Under the pieces are notes generated by a model, which ran no database searches, had not been told where the DNA came from, and saw nothing but the letters and a program-made list of their open reading frames with translations. Made by a program: the position numbers and the translations under genes. From Auanema rhodensis (Eukaryota > Animalia > Nematoda), in assembly GCA_964057225.1 (NCBI GenBank), contig OZ059900.1, positions 5,704,001 to 5,768,000 of the forward strand: DNA of 64,000 nt, read 5' to 3'. Below are positions 47,872 to 62,588 of the stretch, one piece after another; the stretch's first letter is position 1, and each line of letters opens with the position of its first letter.

Positions 47872-49014
47872 AACACAATGATATCAATATTAGTATAAAA
47901 GTATATAAATATATTATTATTTGCTTTTACTTGAGCGCACTCTAGCACAGTTTGGCATCAAAGATCATAATGATTATGATCCAAATTCGCTCTCCTTTTC
48001 TTTTCTCCACAATGTTTTTGCCAGTACTATGGATTCTAAGAAAATATATTTAGTTTGATCGACCTTCCAGAGTGTCTTTATTATGTCTTTGTTTATACAT
48101 CTCTATCAATATCGTTATATTTCATCTTACAATAGATATCATAGTATCCCTTTCTTGTAATTATTCCCTTTTATTGTTTTCCACACAGTATTAACCATCC
48201 CTCCAAATGTCTGTCTTTTACTTCTTTTCCTTATCCATTCATATCATTTATTTATCATTTATAAACATCAATAATCTTATATATTCATCATTTGATTTTT
48301 GAGCTTTAGATTAGTCTTCAATATTATTATTTAAGAAAAGAATTGTAAATAATAAATATCATCAAGAGCTAATTTATCATTATTTCTTAGAAATTTTCTT
48401 TAAAATTTATTCCTATTTTTATTTATGATAACATAGATAAATACTACAATACTATATGTTATCAGTATTAACATTTAAAAAGAATACAGATAGATGAAGC
48501 TACATTCACATTGTTCTTACTTCCAGGAAACAAAAAGAATGAACTTTCTAAAATCGAGTATAGATTGGGAAAGAAAGAGCAACATAGATTGACATAAATG
48601 ACGGCCACATTGCTAACATGGGAGAGATGATTGGTGGACTGAGTAACATTAGAGCGAGTAAGATCTCATGCCTTATCACATCTTCATAAACCTCATTTAG
48701 AGTTTAGCTTTAACTAATTCAAAAAGTGCTATCTTGCAATGTACATAGACAACAGTAAAAAATGAAAAAAAATAGATTAGCCGACCAAAAGCACAGCTAT
48801 CTATAAATTACCTATCGGTGCATTTTTTTTTAAACTTTTTCATTCATTTTGTATTTTGTATTTATTTTTCTATTTTATCATAAACGAATTTTCCGCTACC
48901 TGATAGCTAAAAAATTTACATAAGGGCAGGAAGAGAACGTTTGTGAGAGCAGGTAAGAGAGAGGAAGAAAACAGAACACTAAGATTACGGATTGCCTAAT
49001 CGAGATGAATAGGA

Positions 49015-50009
49015 TTATCGTTGGCATTTAGAGCAAGTGTATTCGGTTCCATTTGGACTGATTCCACTAGTTGTTTCTCCTGGCTCGTATCCACTAAATC
49101 CATATGATCCGCTTCCTAGCCCGCTAGTGCTTGGTCCTGGATCTGATCCAGTGCTAGAGCGAGATGATGATGGGTGAAGACCATTTTTCAATAAGAATTG
49201 TTCGCGTTCCGGTTGTAAATCGCCAGTTGTAGCTCGTGGAAATGCTACCCAGCATGGATTGCTTTGAAATAGACGAATAGCTTCAACCATGTTCTATTAT
49301 TTAAAATGTATTATTGAATATTAAAAATTAAAGATTACTTTACGATCAGTAGTGAATCGGTGATATATGCCTGGCGGAAGATAAAGAAAGTCACCTGTAC
49401 TAACTGGAATGCGAATCCAAGCATCCTAAAAGTTTTATATGAGTCTTCCAGACAAATAAGTAATATATAGTTTTATAATATATTTTAAAGATAATATATT
49501 ATAAGTTAAGAGCTATTATAAAGCAATTTCATTACTATTATTATATACCTCAGCACTTCTGACGTCAAAAAATCCACTACCCTTTACTATAAAGCGCAGC
49601 TCAGCATCTTTGTGCAAATGTTCTTCAAAAAAAGTTTTGATCTGAAAAGATATTTCTCAGATGTGTTCTAACATGATAAGTCAAAAAAAAATAATGACGA
49701 ATGACGAATGATAAAACAATTCTCACCGTTTTGTCATAGTTTTCCATTGTCATTGAAATCTTAACCATATCACGGTGGGACATATCATACAGACGTGCTA
49801 ATTTCTCCAGCTGCTCTCCCCATTCTGCAGTTGTTTGTCGGGCGTCACTCAAACTGTATTACCTCTGCTTGCGGCACGGTTACTAACTCAACACCAACTT
49901 TGGCCAGTTCATGAAATGTTGCTTCACGGTGTGGATTTTGCTTATTATCATCACGTTGGTCCGATACTTGTGAACGCATATAGTAGGGCATTCGCTCACG
50001 CAAAGCCAT
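49015..50009 (-). CDS. Acireductone dioxygenase (ARD/ADI1 cupin) with C-terminal extension
   Basis: [77 protein letters not shown]; metal ligands H-x-H-x3-E and distal H present. First splice junction ambiguous. Confidence 0.9.
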
Positions 50010-50219
50010 TTTCTGTGCAGAATCTGTAACAATATTACTTGCAAGAGAAATAAGTGAAGTAAATGTTGTTTTTGATAAAATATATCGGATGAACTAGGCA
50101 AGAAAGAGAACAATGAGAAGGGGGGGTATACTCAGAAAGTCTCGATAACGACTTTGGTTAGCGGCAGTAAATGTCTGAGGCCTGACGATTTGTGCCAAAG
50201 TCTGCTCGGACTTGATTCC

Positions 50220-50272
50220 CCGCCCATCACGGACATAATAAGATAGATCTCCGCCCATCGATAGACCGCCCA
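50220..50272. promoter_or_regulatory. Cluster of three CCGCCCA (GC-box-like) motifs upstream of the ARD gene
   Basis: ccgccca at 50220, 50251 and 50266 in an AT-rich background, 210-260 bp upstream of the ATG. Confidence 0.45.
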
Positions 50273-53200
50273 AAGAGAATTAATGGAGAAAAAAGGAATA
50301 AGGAGTAGACTGAATGCTTAAAATGAATAAAATGTGAGAGAACTGATCACAGCAAAGAATTAGAATATATTTACCAAGATCGGCAATTATGTGGTGAATT
50401 ATGTTTTGAGATGATGAAATAATATATAAAAACAACATAAGATGATGACAACCAAAGCCATAAGAGCAATTTCAAAGATCAGAATATTAATAAAAATGAA
50501 AATATAATTACGGTTATGGAGTCAGCGTTGAGATTGAATAATGAGGAAAACATATAATAAATTTTTATCGTGGATTGAGAAGGGCTTGAAAACGAAATAT
50601 CAAATATAATATTATATTATGTATGCATAGTATACAGTTTAGGGTCTGGTGAAATTTTCAAATCAGGAGAATCTTATATAATAGAAATTTCACTAGTTGA
50701 AGAATAAATTCGAAGATAAATAATATGATAAATCAGATCTCAATGTATTCGAGAGAAACGTGAAGATAAATAAAGTTCAAACAATAAACACAAACTGATA
50801 TTATTTAACAGAAGAATAATATTATATTTCAGAAAGCATGAAAGAAATGAAGACTGATGAATGACTTTCGATATTTCGTTGTGATGATACCAAAGGAAAG
50901 AATAGTGATATCATCATCGATCCATATATTTGAAAAGTGAAGGCGTGAATTAAAACCAGGAAAATTTGTTGAAACACAAAAAATAATATTATTAAGTCAA
51001 CTTTGTTAGTTTTTTATGAAAAAAAGGCAACTCCAATTAAGTCACCCTGAATTAACAAATATTGTTAGTTGATTACCAGAAAATCATGGGATGAGTCAGA
51101 ACAAACGGAGAAAGAGACAGAAATGATAATGACGATAGTGATGAGAATAGTGATGATGTTGATCATAGGTCAAAGAGTTGAAGCGAAATAGGAGAAGGAT
51201 TAATCAATGAGCTGAATGTTGATATAGAAATGGAAAACACAAAAAGTAAATTAAAACAAAAAAAAAGAGATAGGATAGAAAGAGATTGATGATGCTATGT
51301 GCCAAAAATTCTCTCCTATTTTTTTTCACAACATTATAATAATAATCTCAAAAAACTTGGTTCTGGTAGAGAATTGCTAATACTTGAATGTTCATCAATC
51401 ATAAAGTTCAAAATCGAAACTTTCAACAATTTCAAAATATGAGGTGGCTGGAAGTACTTTTTTTAATTTATTAATCATACTTTTCTATAGATTATTTATA
51501 AATAACCTATTTAAATTTTTTTCTTTAAAGGTTTTGATATTTCAAATTCGATTTCGATAATAAAACAATGAGAAAATGATTGGTAACTGATTATTATGAC
51601 ACTAGCTCAACAAGCGTTATTGCAAAAACCTTTATGAGGGATCTCTCTATACACAAGTCAAAACTATAAAAAGTACTTTTCAACTTGAAAACTATGCAGT
51701 AAAAAATACAGAATAAGTATAATAAATATTGAGTAGTAAAGCATTTTTGAACAAACAAAAATGAGCAGTGTGAATCAGGTGTAGTACTACTAGTACAGAG
51801 GAAGAGAGGTAAGAATCTGTTTAAATGAGAGAAACACAAAATGAATGAATTGAGGGAGTAGTTGAATAAAAGAGAGATAAACGATAGAGAAAAAAAGAAC
51901 AAGAGAGCGTTGGCGGGAAAGAGAGAAAAAGAATGATGAGATAGAGAGTGAGAAACAAAGTAACTGAAAAGAAAAATCCAATATCTTTTAATGTTTACGC
52001 GAACTTAAGTAGTATTTCTATCCAATATATTTATACAAATGTTCAAAAGAACAAATGTGCAAACGATACCTATGTCATCACTATTCCATATATTCTCTTA
52101 CTTGTTCTTCTATTCTCTCGTATATTCACTTACTGCCCAATAATCATTGAGCTCTAAATTCTATCAGTTTTACACTCATCATTCTTTAGTTCTCTAACAT
52201 ATTTATATACACAGTTATATTCGTCATATTCACTGGTATTGACATTTATTTCAAATTTTGGAGTGAAAACGTCTAAACTACACAAGTAAATACATCTCGT
52301 TCAAAGGTGATTATATTGAAATCAAAATGTTTCTCATCACTATCTCACTAAGGTCATATGAAAATTATGACGAACTATTTCATTTTTTTTAGAAAGAAGA
52401 AGCACACACATCCATCATCTGACTTCCATAATTTAGTAACTTTAATAGTCATTTAAACAAATTGTAACTACAATAATAACACAGACGATCATTGAAAATT
52501 AATGGAAATGCTAATAGAATTGTTGTATTATAAGTAAAGCATTAAAGGACATGTTCATATCAGATTGTAGCCCTTTAGAGCAATTAAAGGTGGAAACAAA
52601 CATTGACATTGTTGCTTGTGTGATAAGGTGAACACTGATATATTGTTAAATCAAAATATTTTGTGTTTTATAACTTAGATCACGAACAATTTATAAAGGA
52701 AAAAAGTTACGTGCATCATAATATGAAAAAGATGCGTGTTTTTCGTTGTTTCTCTTATATATTTTTTAATAAAATTATATAATGAAAACGATGAAATATA
52801 TCAATCTATGTTTGAATAAGTATTCAAATGAATATATCAAATAGTTATTCATTAGAATACCAAAAAAAGTCATGAGATGATGTGATATGATGAAGAAATC
52901 ATATACAGTTTTATTTTTTTCTTATCTTTCAATTAAATTGATATCTGAGACCTTTTCTATTAAGTATTTAAGGTTAAGAGTAGGATTTTTTTTTTCAGAA
53001 AACAATGCAAGTATTCTTAATAATTTCGTATGCTATTGCTATTATGTAGTTTTTCGTAACCTTCATTCTTCTTCTCTCATAATCTCTTACATAAGTTTTA
53101 ATTTTTCGACTTTGATCTATATTTTCAGAAGAAACGTTACTCAGCTTCTTTTTCAGTAAAAAATTCGAAAAAAAGTCTTAGTATGAGGCCCTGAACTTCG

Positions 53201-56200
53201 CGACTGCACTTCTCACTCATAGATAAAAGTTTACTTTCTTATATAATCCTCTTAATTTTTGTTGTTTTTTTCTTTGTATGACATCAAGTAGGCACATTTC
53301 CGGAGCACAGCAGAACTTCTTTGTTTCAACATATGCATTTCACATGATAAAATTGAATTATGTTCGAAATAGAAACTTCGGGTGGGCTATATACATGTAA
53401 TTTTGGGTTGAAGAAAAAAAGTAATTGGTTTGTATGACTAGCAATTACACCTAAACAACGTGATCATGGCTGAGCAATTGATTAGGCAATCGTGTTATCC
53501 ATGAGCTAGGATTAAGATCCTCTGAATCTGATGCGTTGAAGCTTATTTTTTCCCATTTCAACATGCTTTTCGTATTTATTTTTTTCTGTAGCACGTTAAT
53601 TGAATTGAAATCGGAATGCTTTTTTCAAGTGGTAACGACAGGGATGGAAAGATTTAGTACGTTTAGAAAGCGAAAGAAATTGGCCATACCTGAATATTTT
53701 CTACCAGATTGGCGCCAAAATTTCAAAAGCCAATTCACAAAATAATATTAAAAGACTGAAAGATAGATGACGCTAAATTTTTAATTTATAAATTAAATAC
53801 ATGAGAAAGGTAGATCAACAAATGAGAACGTACATGATAAAAGGAGGCGACAACGATCAACTCATTTTCAACCCAAGTTTATATTTCGATCTTTGGTAGA
53901 AAAATAGAGAAAGTTTGAAATGGATTGAAAAAACAAGAGATTAGTAGAAAGTGGGAGAGGAAAAATGTAAAAGAGATATTGGCGTTTCTGCACTTTATGG
54001 TCAACGACTTTTGTATATGGTGGTTGCAGTTTAAATGGCTTTCGATTATCTGTGTATGAATGTCTTGAATGTCAGAAGAATGATAATGAGGAAAAAATTA
54101 GAGCATTCCTTTCTTATTAGTAATGAAACAAAATTAATTGCTAAAGAACTAATATGAAAATTGAGAAAAGTTCAATCGGCTCAAATGTGCAAAAATAATT
54201 GTTATGAAATATGGATAAGGCTGTCATGTTTAACTTTCTTTTAATGACATTGTGATGGCCTTCTGATATTTTCTTATCAGTAATCATGTTTGAACGAATG
54301 AAGCATAGTGCGATCATATACCGCAGCTCTCATGCTCGCCTTATCAGCTTCTATTTTCTTTTTGCATTTGATATCTCTATACTGGCAATAAGCTCGATGA
54401 TTTCTTTCTCTTTCTCTCTAACTCGTTCTTATTTGCAAGATTATAAATGGCATTATTAATACTTCATAATACAACAATGCCACTTTAAGCCCCTACTACT
54501 GACCTGTTCTTTGATGTCAAAAGAAAAATGTTATCTACGTCCGGTACCAAATATCACTGCCTTATGCAATAGTTAACTAAAATTTTTGAAAAAGTAGAGA
54601 ATGATAGAAAGAGATAAAGTCCAAAATTAGATAGAGCGAGATATGAAATATGTTGGAAAATTCTGTTCAGTTTGATTCCTCGGATAAAAAGAAAAGGGAT
54701 AGAAAGTTTCAAAGAAGTTAGAAGTCGATAAAATGAGATATAGGAAAGACAAAAATAAAACACTGAAAAACAGGAAAATCAGAAAAATCAGTAGTTCTGA
54801 AATAAAGGAATGAGAGCTGAAGACTAGCCATCGATGAGAGATAGAAATGAGGTGAGCGGAAAAGTTCAAATTTCTCAAGAAAAAAGAAAAGAGAGAACAT
54901 GCAATATTGAGAGAATGTTTAAGAGTATGAATTAAGAAGGACAACATGCAGTCGAATGGAATTGACCCAAAACAGGCTAATTTCAGTTAAAAGATACAAT
55001 GAATACGTCATGGTGGTCGAAATCTCCGATTGTCGTTCACCTACTTCTTTGTAATATGCATTTGATGAGGACTAAGTAGGTAAACGTGTTGAGAGAGGTT
55101 AGGGATCGAATCTAATTTCAAACATCAGTTTATTATAAATTGTTGTTTGATGACAAAGAGTTTTAATCTAAGTTTATATTAAAAATAAGTTCATACTATA
55201 TATATGATTCAACAGTCATATTCAAATAGCGAAACAAAAATTAGAAAAGTAAATGAGCAATTAACAGTTTGGATACTGAATATTGACAACTAACAACTGC
55301 GTTGAACAGTTTTTTCACATGGGTTTATCTACTTTTAACAAGAAAATAATTGACTTGATTGAAAATTAAGGAGAAGAAAATTAAATTTCCGTTTTAACAG
55401 TCTGTGTTTAGGGATTGAAGTGAACACAAAGGACAATTGGACCACCCCATGAGGTTTCAAATATTTGTCTCTCACTCATTCATTCGTTTCATACATGTTT
55501 TCCAGAATTTATTCGTTCTGATGATCGTATAATTCTAGCGTTTTGTCTAATATATTTCTTCTTTCTTATCTCAGAATTCCTTATATTCACTCCTATGTAT
55601 CATTGAACTGATACTAATTGCTTCTTTCATTCTTTCAGCCGCTCGTTTTTATTTATTTTCTTCTTTCTCTCTTCCCTTCTTCTGTATTGAAATCTTTTTC
55701 AATCTTTCTCGTTCTTCCTATTCCTTTTCTTCTTTTTGCCCAACCATTTATAAACTCATAGACGCACTCTCTTATCGCAAATCAGTGTCATCTTTCGAAT
55801 TTTATATCGGTCTAACACAAGCTAAGTGATAGGCAGTTTCGCCGTTCAAAAGAAGTTTGCTAGCAACATAAACGAAAAAGACAATATATTCTATATGTAT
55901 TAATCATAATGACTCGAAAAGTCAGTGTTCGTATATGATGCTAACAATTTACTAAAATTGAAATTATTTAACAAGTAGCTAAGTTGCATTGCTTTCTTGT
56001 TCCTGAACAACTTTGATAGATTACATAGATCATTCTGTTGGTTAGCCTTTTTTATTATTTCTCTCAATTTAATCTGAAATAATACCTTTCAGTTTTTATC
56101 CCTTCCTGGCTCTTTTAAAAATTTTCCATGGCAGAATAATGATCATAAGTTTTTTAACTAATTGTTTAACTGAGAATTCAAACAAGAGAAGGTGGGGAAT

Positions 56201-59200
56201 AAGAATAGCAGTGATACTAATCTAATTAGAAATTGGTTCAAAAATTAAATGTTGTCATTACTTGCTAAAAACTATTTTTTCCTATTTCATTCTCAGCAAT
56301 GCCAAACCGAGGGAAAAGATGTAAATATATTCCCTCAAAACAATTTGTAAAGATGATAAATATAACCTGTATTAGTTGTCATTGCTTGTATAGTTTTCCA
56401 GTGTAACTTTCGAGAATCTGAAAAACCAAAGAGCCGTATAAAGTATTTGAATGATGTAGAGCCTAGTACACCGATAAGAGTCAGTAGAAGCAGACGTAAT
56501 GCGATATAAAGTGATCAGACGGTCAGCATATAACAATTAAGAAATGATTTTTTGAATGTGATAATATGATCTCAAGCAATATATACAAGCAGTGAAGTAT
56601 TGAAAAAAGCAGCAGAACGTTCAGGAAAAAATAGAATCGCTGACAAGTATATCTAACTAAGTATCTGGTGTTGTTATATTAATGACTATATCAATAAGTG
56701 TTTGAATTATCCACAACATGATTGAAAAAGAAAAAAAGCAAATTAGTCTTCTTGATTACGATTATTTGAAAAAAAACAAATTGTTAAAGGAATCTCAAAT
56801 AAATAAGATTCATAAACTTGTAGTTAACTTTAAATTTTTACAAAATACATAGCTGGTGATAACAGATAAAATACATAATCATGCGCCTATAAATCAATAA
56901 ATAAACTTAAATAATAAAGAAAAAAACAGAAAACTTTTTTTTTTCAAATTTACTTAATATTATGAATTAAGAAAGCAAATATTTTTTACTTTTTTCAACT
57001 TTTAACTTTTTAAAAATTGAATTTGCTGATGAAATAGTTTTTCAAACATGCATTGGATGAGAGATAAATTTCGTAGATGATGCCATGTATTGAGTACATG
57101 ACGCCTGTTAGTGAATGAGTAATCAAATCTGGAAAATATTACTGAAAAGAACGAATGAGCAAGGGCTTAAATTCAAAACGCTTATTACTGAAAAAAAATT
57201 CAATATGAGAATGCTTATCAGTTCAATCGAACAGTTTGAAATGATTATCTAATGTAAAATGTCAATTAGCTAGTGCCCATCTCAAAATAACTACTGACAT
57301 ATAATTAGATTGAGTTCCGGATTCAAAAAATTTTCCAGATTACAATTATAAAATTAGTCAATTTTCAACTGATTACCCTATATCATTAATATTTTGACAA
57401 TCTGGGCTCCCAGTGATATCAGTAACATTTTTTCAATTTAATTCTTTTTATCAGTAATTTTTAAGTTTCTTATTAAATCTAATCAAATCCTATGTTATCT
57501 ATACTATTGCATTCCGCATAATTATAATAAAGCTATCTTTTAACTATATGATTATACATTGCTTCATTACACATAAAATCTGAAACATATAAAGGAATGT
57601 ACTTTAACCAATAATCAAAAACATTCAAAATTGTGTATGTACATATATTTGATGACAAAATTATTTTATATTATTAAAGCATTTTAAGAAATCACATAAA
57701 TATCTCAAATCGCTCATGTAAACAGTTTTTTTAGTCAGGAATACAAAGAAACAAAGATAGTATTAAAAATCAATACAGAACAGTCATAAGATATACAATC
57801 TATTAACTTTTCCCTTTATATAGAAAATTGAAAAAGGTTGATGCTGAACTTGATGACTAAGTCCAAATTAGTAACTTAAAAATTGTGAAAAATAATGCTG
57901 AAACAATTTTATAGTGACAATTCAAGATGAGTCACAGTATAACGCCCACAAATTTTTATTTATCGTACATTGACATGTATTATGAATAAATTTGAACTTT
58001 GTATAGTTTCTTAACTTAAAAATATAAAACGTTCATTATGAAGAAAAAACGATAATATATATTTTAATATTACAAAACAAGAATAAAATTGACGGTAAGA
58101 CGTCAACAACGATCAAAATCGAAAAAAAAAGTTGTAAAATCAGTATAAATCATATTTATATATTATAAAAAGAAAAAAATTGATAATCTGCCAAGAGATT
58201 TTTAATAACCATATTATAAATTATTGATTAATATTTCTTGTAGTAACATTTTGAAATGGGATGGTTTTCATTCAAATACGTTTCTACGAAGAAATCTAAT
58301 TCTTTTATTTTCTTATTTCCGCTTTCTCTTTTTTTCCACCCGATAAACAGACTATATCTAATCAGATTGCCTTTAGCCAGTTCATTGTCGCTTGGACATA
58401 ATCATAAGATTGGCCCGCTCGTGAAGAAATGTGAAAAATCTATAATTCAGATGACTAACGTTTCTATTTCGCTACATTGGAAATGAATAGGTGGTTTAAA
58501 CTATCCGAAAAAATAGTATTATATAGTTCATTAACTATTTGGAATGTCTTGTGAACTACAAAGCCTGAAACACATGGATTAAATCCTTATTGGGATAAGG
58601 AACAATTTTACTTCTCGTATTACATATTCAGATGAGGATTATCCAGACAATTGATCCAACAACTAACCGGTTCTTTATGTCTCGCCTATGGCTACTTTTG
58701 AATTCGCCCTCTGGGGTCATCTTCTTGCCCGGTTTAAAGCATTTTCACTTTTCTTCTCTGAATGTCGTGTTCTCAGCCTTTCCTCTTGCTAGTTTTAGAT
58801 TCGTAAGCATTCACAATAACTTTACATTGCAAGCATTTCATTTTAACTTGTGGTTTTTAGCTAAAATCAGTTAAAGTTGCAAAATAATTAAGTGAATCAT
58901 TTTTTTCTATTGATGACTTGATAACAAATATTAGAAAAACATTGTTAAATTCTCCTTCAAAATTAATTTTTTTATTTGCTTTCGTTTTATTTCGTTGTTA
59001 TTCTTTCTTTTCTGGTATATTTACTTGACACATGACTAACTTGAAAACTTGAGCTTTTGAGGATCTCGAACTGGTATTGTAATAGTTTTCAGTTCAATTC
59101 ATAATTTATACATTGATTCAACTGTTGTTAACGTGATGTAACGATATATATATATATCTTCAGAAGTTATATTGACCCAGTGATTATTCATTTTTCTTTC

Positions 59201-59977
59201 ATCTTGTTTTGCTTGTTCAAGGCTTATCTTACTCGTAAAAGGCAAATAATTGACTACTTGTCTAAATAACAAGTAAAAGTAAGAGAATGAGAGCAAGGTG
59301 TGACATGAGAAGGCTAATCGTATAACTACTACTTTCACAGTCACTGACTTTGACCTAAAAGGTGAGCGTTGAAATGTACGATGACATGTATCGAAATATA
59401 GACGTACACATGTATTTGATTTCGATATTATGAAAATGAAAAACGGAAAGAAAGAAGAAAGTTAGCATAAAACAACAAAAGTGAATATATGTATATGTTA
59501 TCGTTTATATATAAAATGTATCAAAAAAATATGTATATGAAGCAGATTTTCAGAAATTCTAAATTGAAACTATGATTTTCTTTAATTTCGATTATCTGAT
59601 AACATTCATTTTTCGAAAAAAAGCTGTGCTGTAACTGTTCTAACTTAGGGTGCGTGAATTTGAAATCAACAACAAATGCTATGTGATAATCATAGTCGAT
59701 TAATTAGAAAAGTAAAAGTTGAAAAGGAAATTGCTGTCATTCAGCATTAATTACCAGATTAAGTTGTTCATGCCTTTTACTTTTTTTTCGACTAATTAAT
59801 TTCAATTTCACTTTTTGTATAGGTAAAAGTTGGTTAATTTTCCTTTCTCATTTTACTTTTTTTTGACTTCCTCCTTTTATTATTTTTATCAGTATAACTA
59901 AGTATGCTTGTAACCCATTTTATATCATATAAGTTAAAAATGTTATTTAATTTATACATATATAAATATAAAGATAA

Positions 59978-59981
<4 letters not shown>

Positions 59982-60019
<38 letters not shown>
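59982..60019. repeat. (AT)19 microsatellite
   Basis: Read directly. Confidence 0.95.
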
Positions 60020-60026
<7 letters not shown>

Positions 60027-62588
60027 GGAAAAAGAAAGTTAAAGTAAATGCCGTTAGTATATACAGTTGTTTGACTATAAATGTATGCGTTTGTATCTCT
60101 CATATATAAAAGTATGTAAGAAAGAGATAGGTGAGAGAAATGGATAAAGTAATAGGTGTGAAGATTTGTTTAGAAATAGGCTGAGAGGATACAAAGCATT
60201 GAGACTGAGAGTGAAATGAGGAGAGCTACAGATTTACAGCATTACTGTTGTGTTCAAAATTTGATTACCTATGTATAGGTAGGCAAACGGAAAGAGTTAC
60301 AGAACAAATGATGGAGGTGAGGAGTGAATGGTTTAGAGAAAGATGAGAAGAAAAAGAGAGAAAATGCAATACCTTGCGCTTTTATTCGTTTCCTTTTCAC
60401 TTATCGTCTTGCTCTATATGGTTGTAGATAATCCTAACTATGCTAACTAAATGTTCACACGAACACGACACAACCGAACACGAAGACATACATATGTAAA
60501 TCTTCTGATGGTGGAGGTGTTTCGTTACTTTTCACGACTTTCGCCCTATTATTGTCTTCAACATACGGAGAATACTTTTTCATTTACATGATTGCGTGTG
60601 GTGTGGTCCGTATTGTTTTCTCTTCAACACTTAGAAGGCGTTCAGGCTACTCTAAGTGCTAGTCTTTTCATATCAAATTACATCATTTACTTTAATTTCA
60701 AAGCTTACAACTTGTCAAAAAAAAACTGTTTACGTCGTCTAAGCAGAAAACCTTTTACTGCGACATTGCACTCTTTGTGGATACTGCGAGGTGCTCTTGT
60801 CAAGCATCTCTCTACATTTATTTTCACGCATTCTATTCATTGGTGATGCTACAACATAAGGCAGTCTAATACATTTGACTGTCGTGAAAGTGTTCGCCCA
60901 ACCTATTGTCTGTTTTCCTACGTATTGCAGGCACATGTTGTGCGTCCACAAATGTGTTGTCTGAGTCTAATTTCATCATTAGGCTTAACGTTCTCCATAT
61001 TTCTGAATCTTTTGAGCTATAAGCCAATTTAATAAAGTTTTGTTTGTAATGCGAATAGGTTCACCATATGTTTGTTCAAAATGTTTCTAGTGAACAATAT
61101 TATTCGAGTAGTGCAGTTAAATTAAATTATTATTTATTTCGTGCAATGATTGTCTATTCGTATATCCCGTGGTAACCATGCTTTTAGTATATAAATTAAG
61201 CACTAATTTCCAGATTACTGGACTTTCATAAGATTAGCTATGGAACAGATGGTTGACTAGCTGTATAAGACGATGATTAGCTGTTTTAATTGTAGTCTTT
61301 TCTGAAATCATCAATCATTTGGTTTGGTCATTTTTCTGGTATTTTCTACTACTTCTCAAACGTAGAGTTCCAGTTTCTCTAGACCGGTAGCTAGCTTTTA
61401 TATCATAATGCCTCAAGGCAATTGAAATAAAACTGAAACGAAGATTCCTGACTTTGCTACTTGATAGCTTCGCCCGCACAGCTAGACTCCATTGGACTCA
61501 TTTTGTATCCTCTCTAAGGCTATTCGTAAACGATTTCATTTATTTGCGGCTTATTTCTATTCCAGCGATATTTAGAAAAAAATTCACCATAAGAATTTGT
61601 TTACTGATTTTTTTCAACTTTGTGAAAATTAATTTTTTTTTCTTGCATCTTTGAAGCTTTTATTTATTTACAGGTATGTTTGGTAAACGTCATGTTATTC
61701 GGTGACTTTTTTCTTGTATTCTCTATTCGAAAATATTTTTCGTAGTTCTATCTTAAAACAAGAACGGTTTTTTTGATTCTGCGCGTACAATATATACAGC
61801 TTTTCTGTTTGATTGTTTAGTATATATCTTATAATATCTGCCGGCACGTTTTAGTTCCCAACGATACAGAAGAATATAGAATAGATTAAGCTTCTTGTCG
61901 GCACACTATAATTTTATAAGTGTTACTCGAATAATTAATGAGTGATCATATAAGATCAAATGATTACGTTCTAACTATTGTGAGAGAGAATGCTCTCAGA
62001 TACAATTGAATGAGAGAATGTGAGACAGATAACCGATTCACTTTCGAACGCCTCCGATTCACGCTTTCAAGTGGTCAGTACCTCTTGACGACTCACGCAA
62101 ATACCATTTCAGTGAAAATTAAATTAACGAAAGAGCAATATAGAAAGTCAGAAAAGAGAGGACATGTGAGAATAATGTGAAGAGGACTGAAAGTGACAAA
62201 TGAGGAGAAAATTTGAGAACGAAGATGCTCTCAATCTATGGGCTCTTCCCTATTCTGTTCAACGACGTTTACGGCTCTTTAACAGGCTGAATCAGCTTGG
62301 TCATTTTCAAAGTTCTCACGCATCACCTCTCAGACAACTGTTTTCAACTACAATTTCCCGTCATTTTTTTTAATTATTTGTTCATCACCTTTTGATTTCT
62401 TCAAATAAGAGTTTTATTACTGAAATTGTATTCAATATTCACAATTTTTTTATAAAGTTCTTCAATCTCGCAATATACTTTGTACTTCTTTCTATTTTTT
62501 TTTATTATTTCGCATTTTGGGTCATCAACATATAACACGAAGAAACAAATAAACGATCACGTTTCAATATTGCTAGCGTGAACCTGGA

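Noticed and set aside
55055-55090. tgatgag as a hammerhead ribozyme core
   Set aside because: Lacks the leading C, stem II and a correctly placed GAAA.
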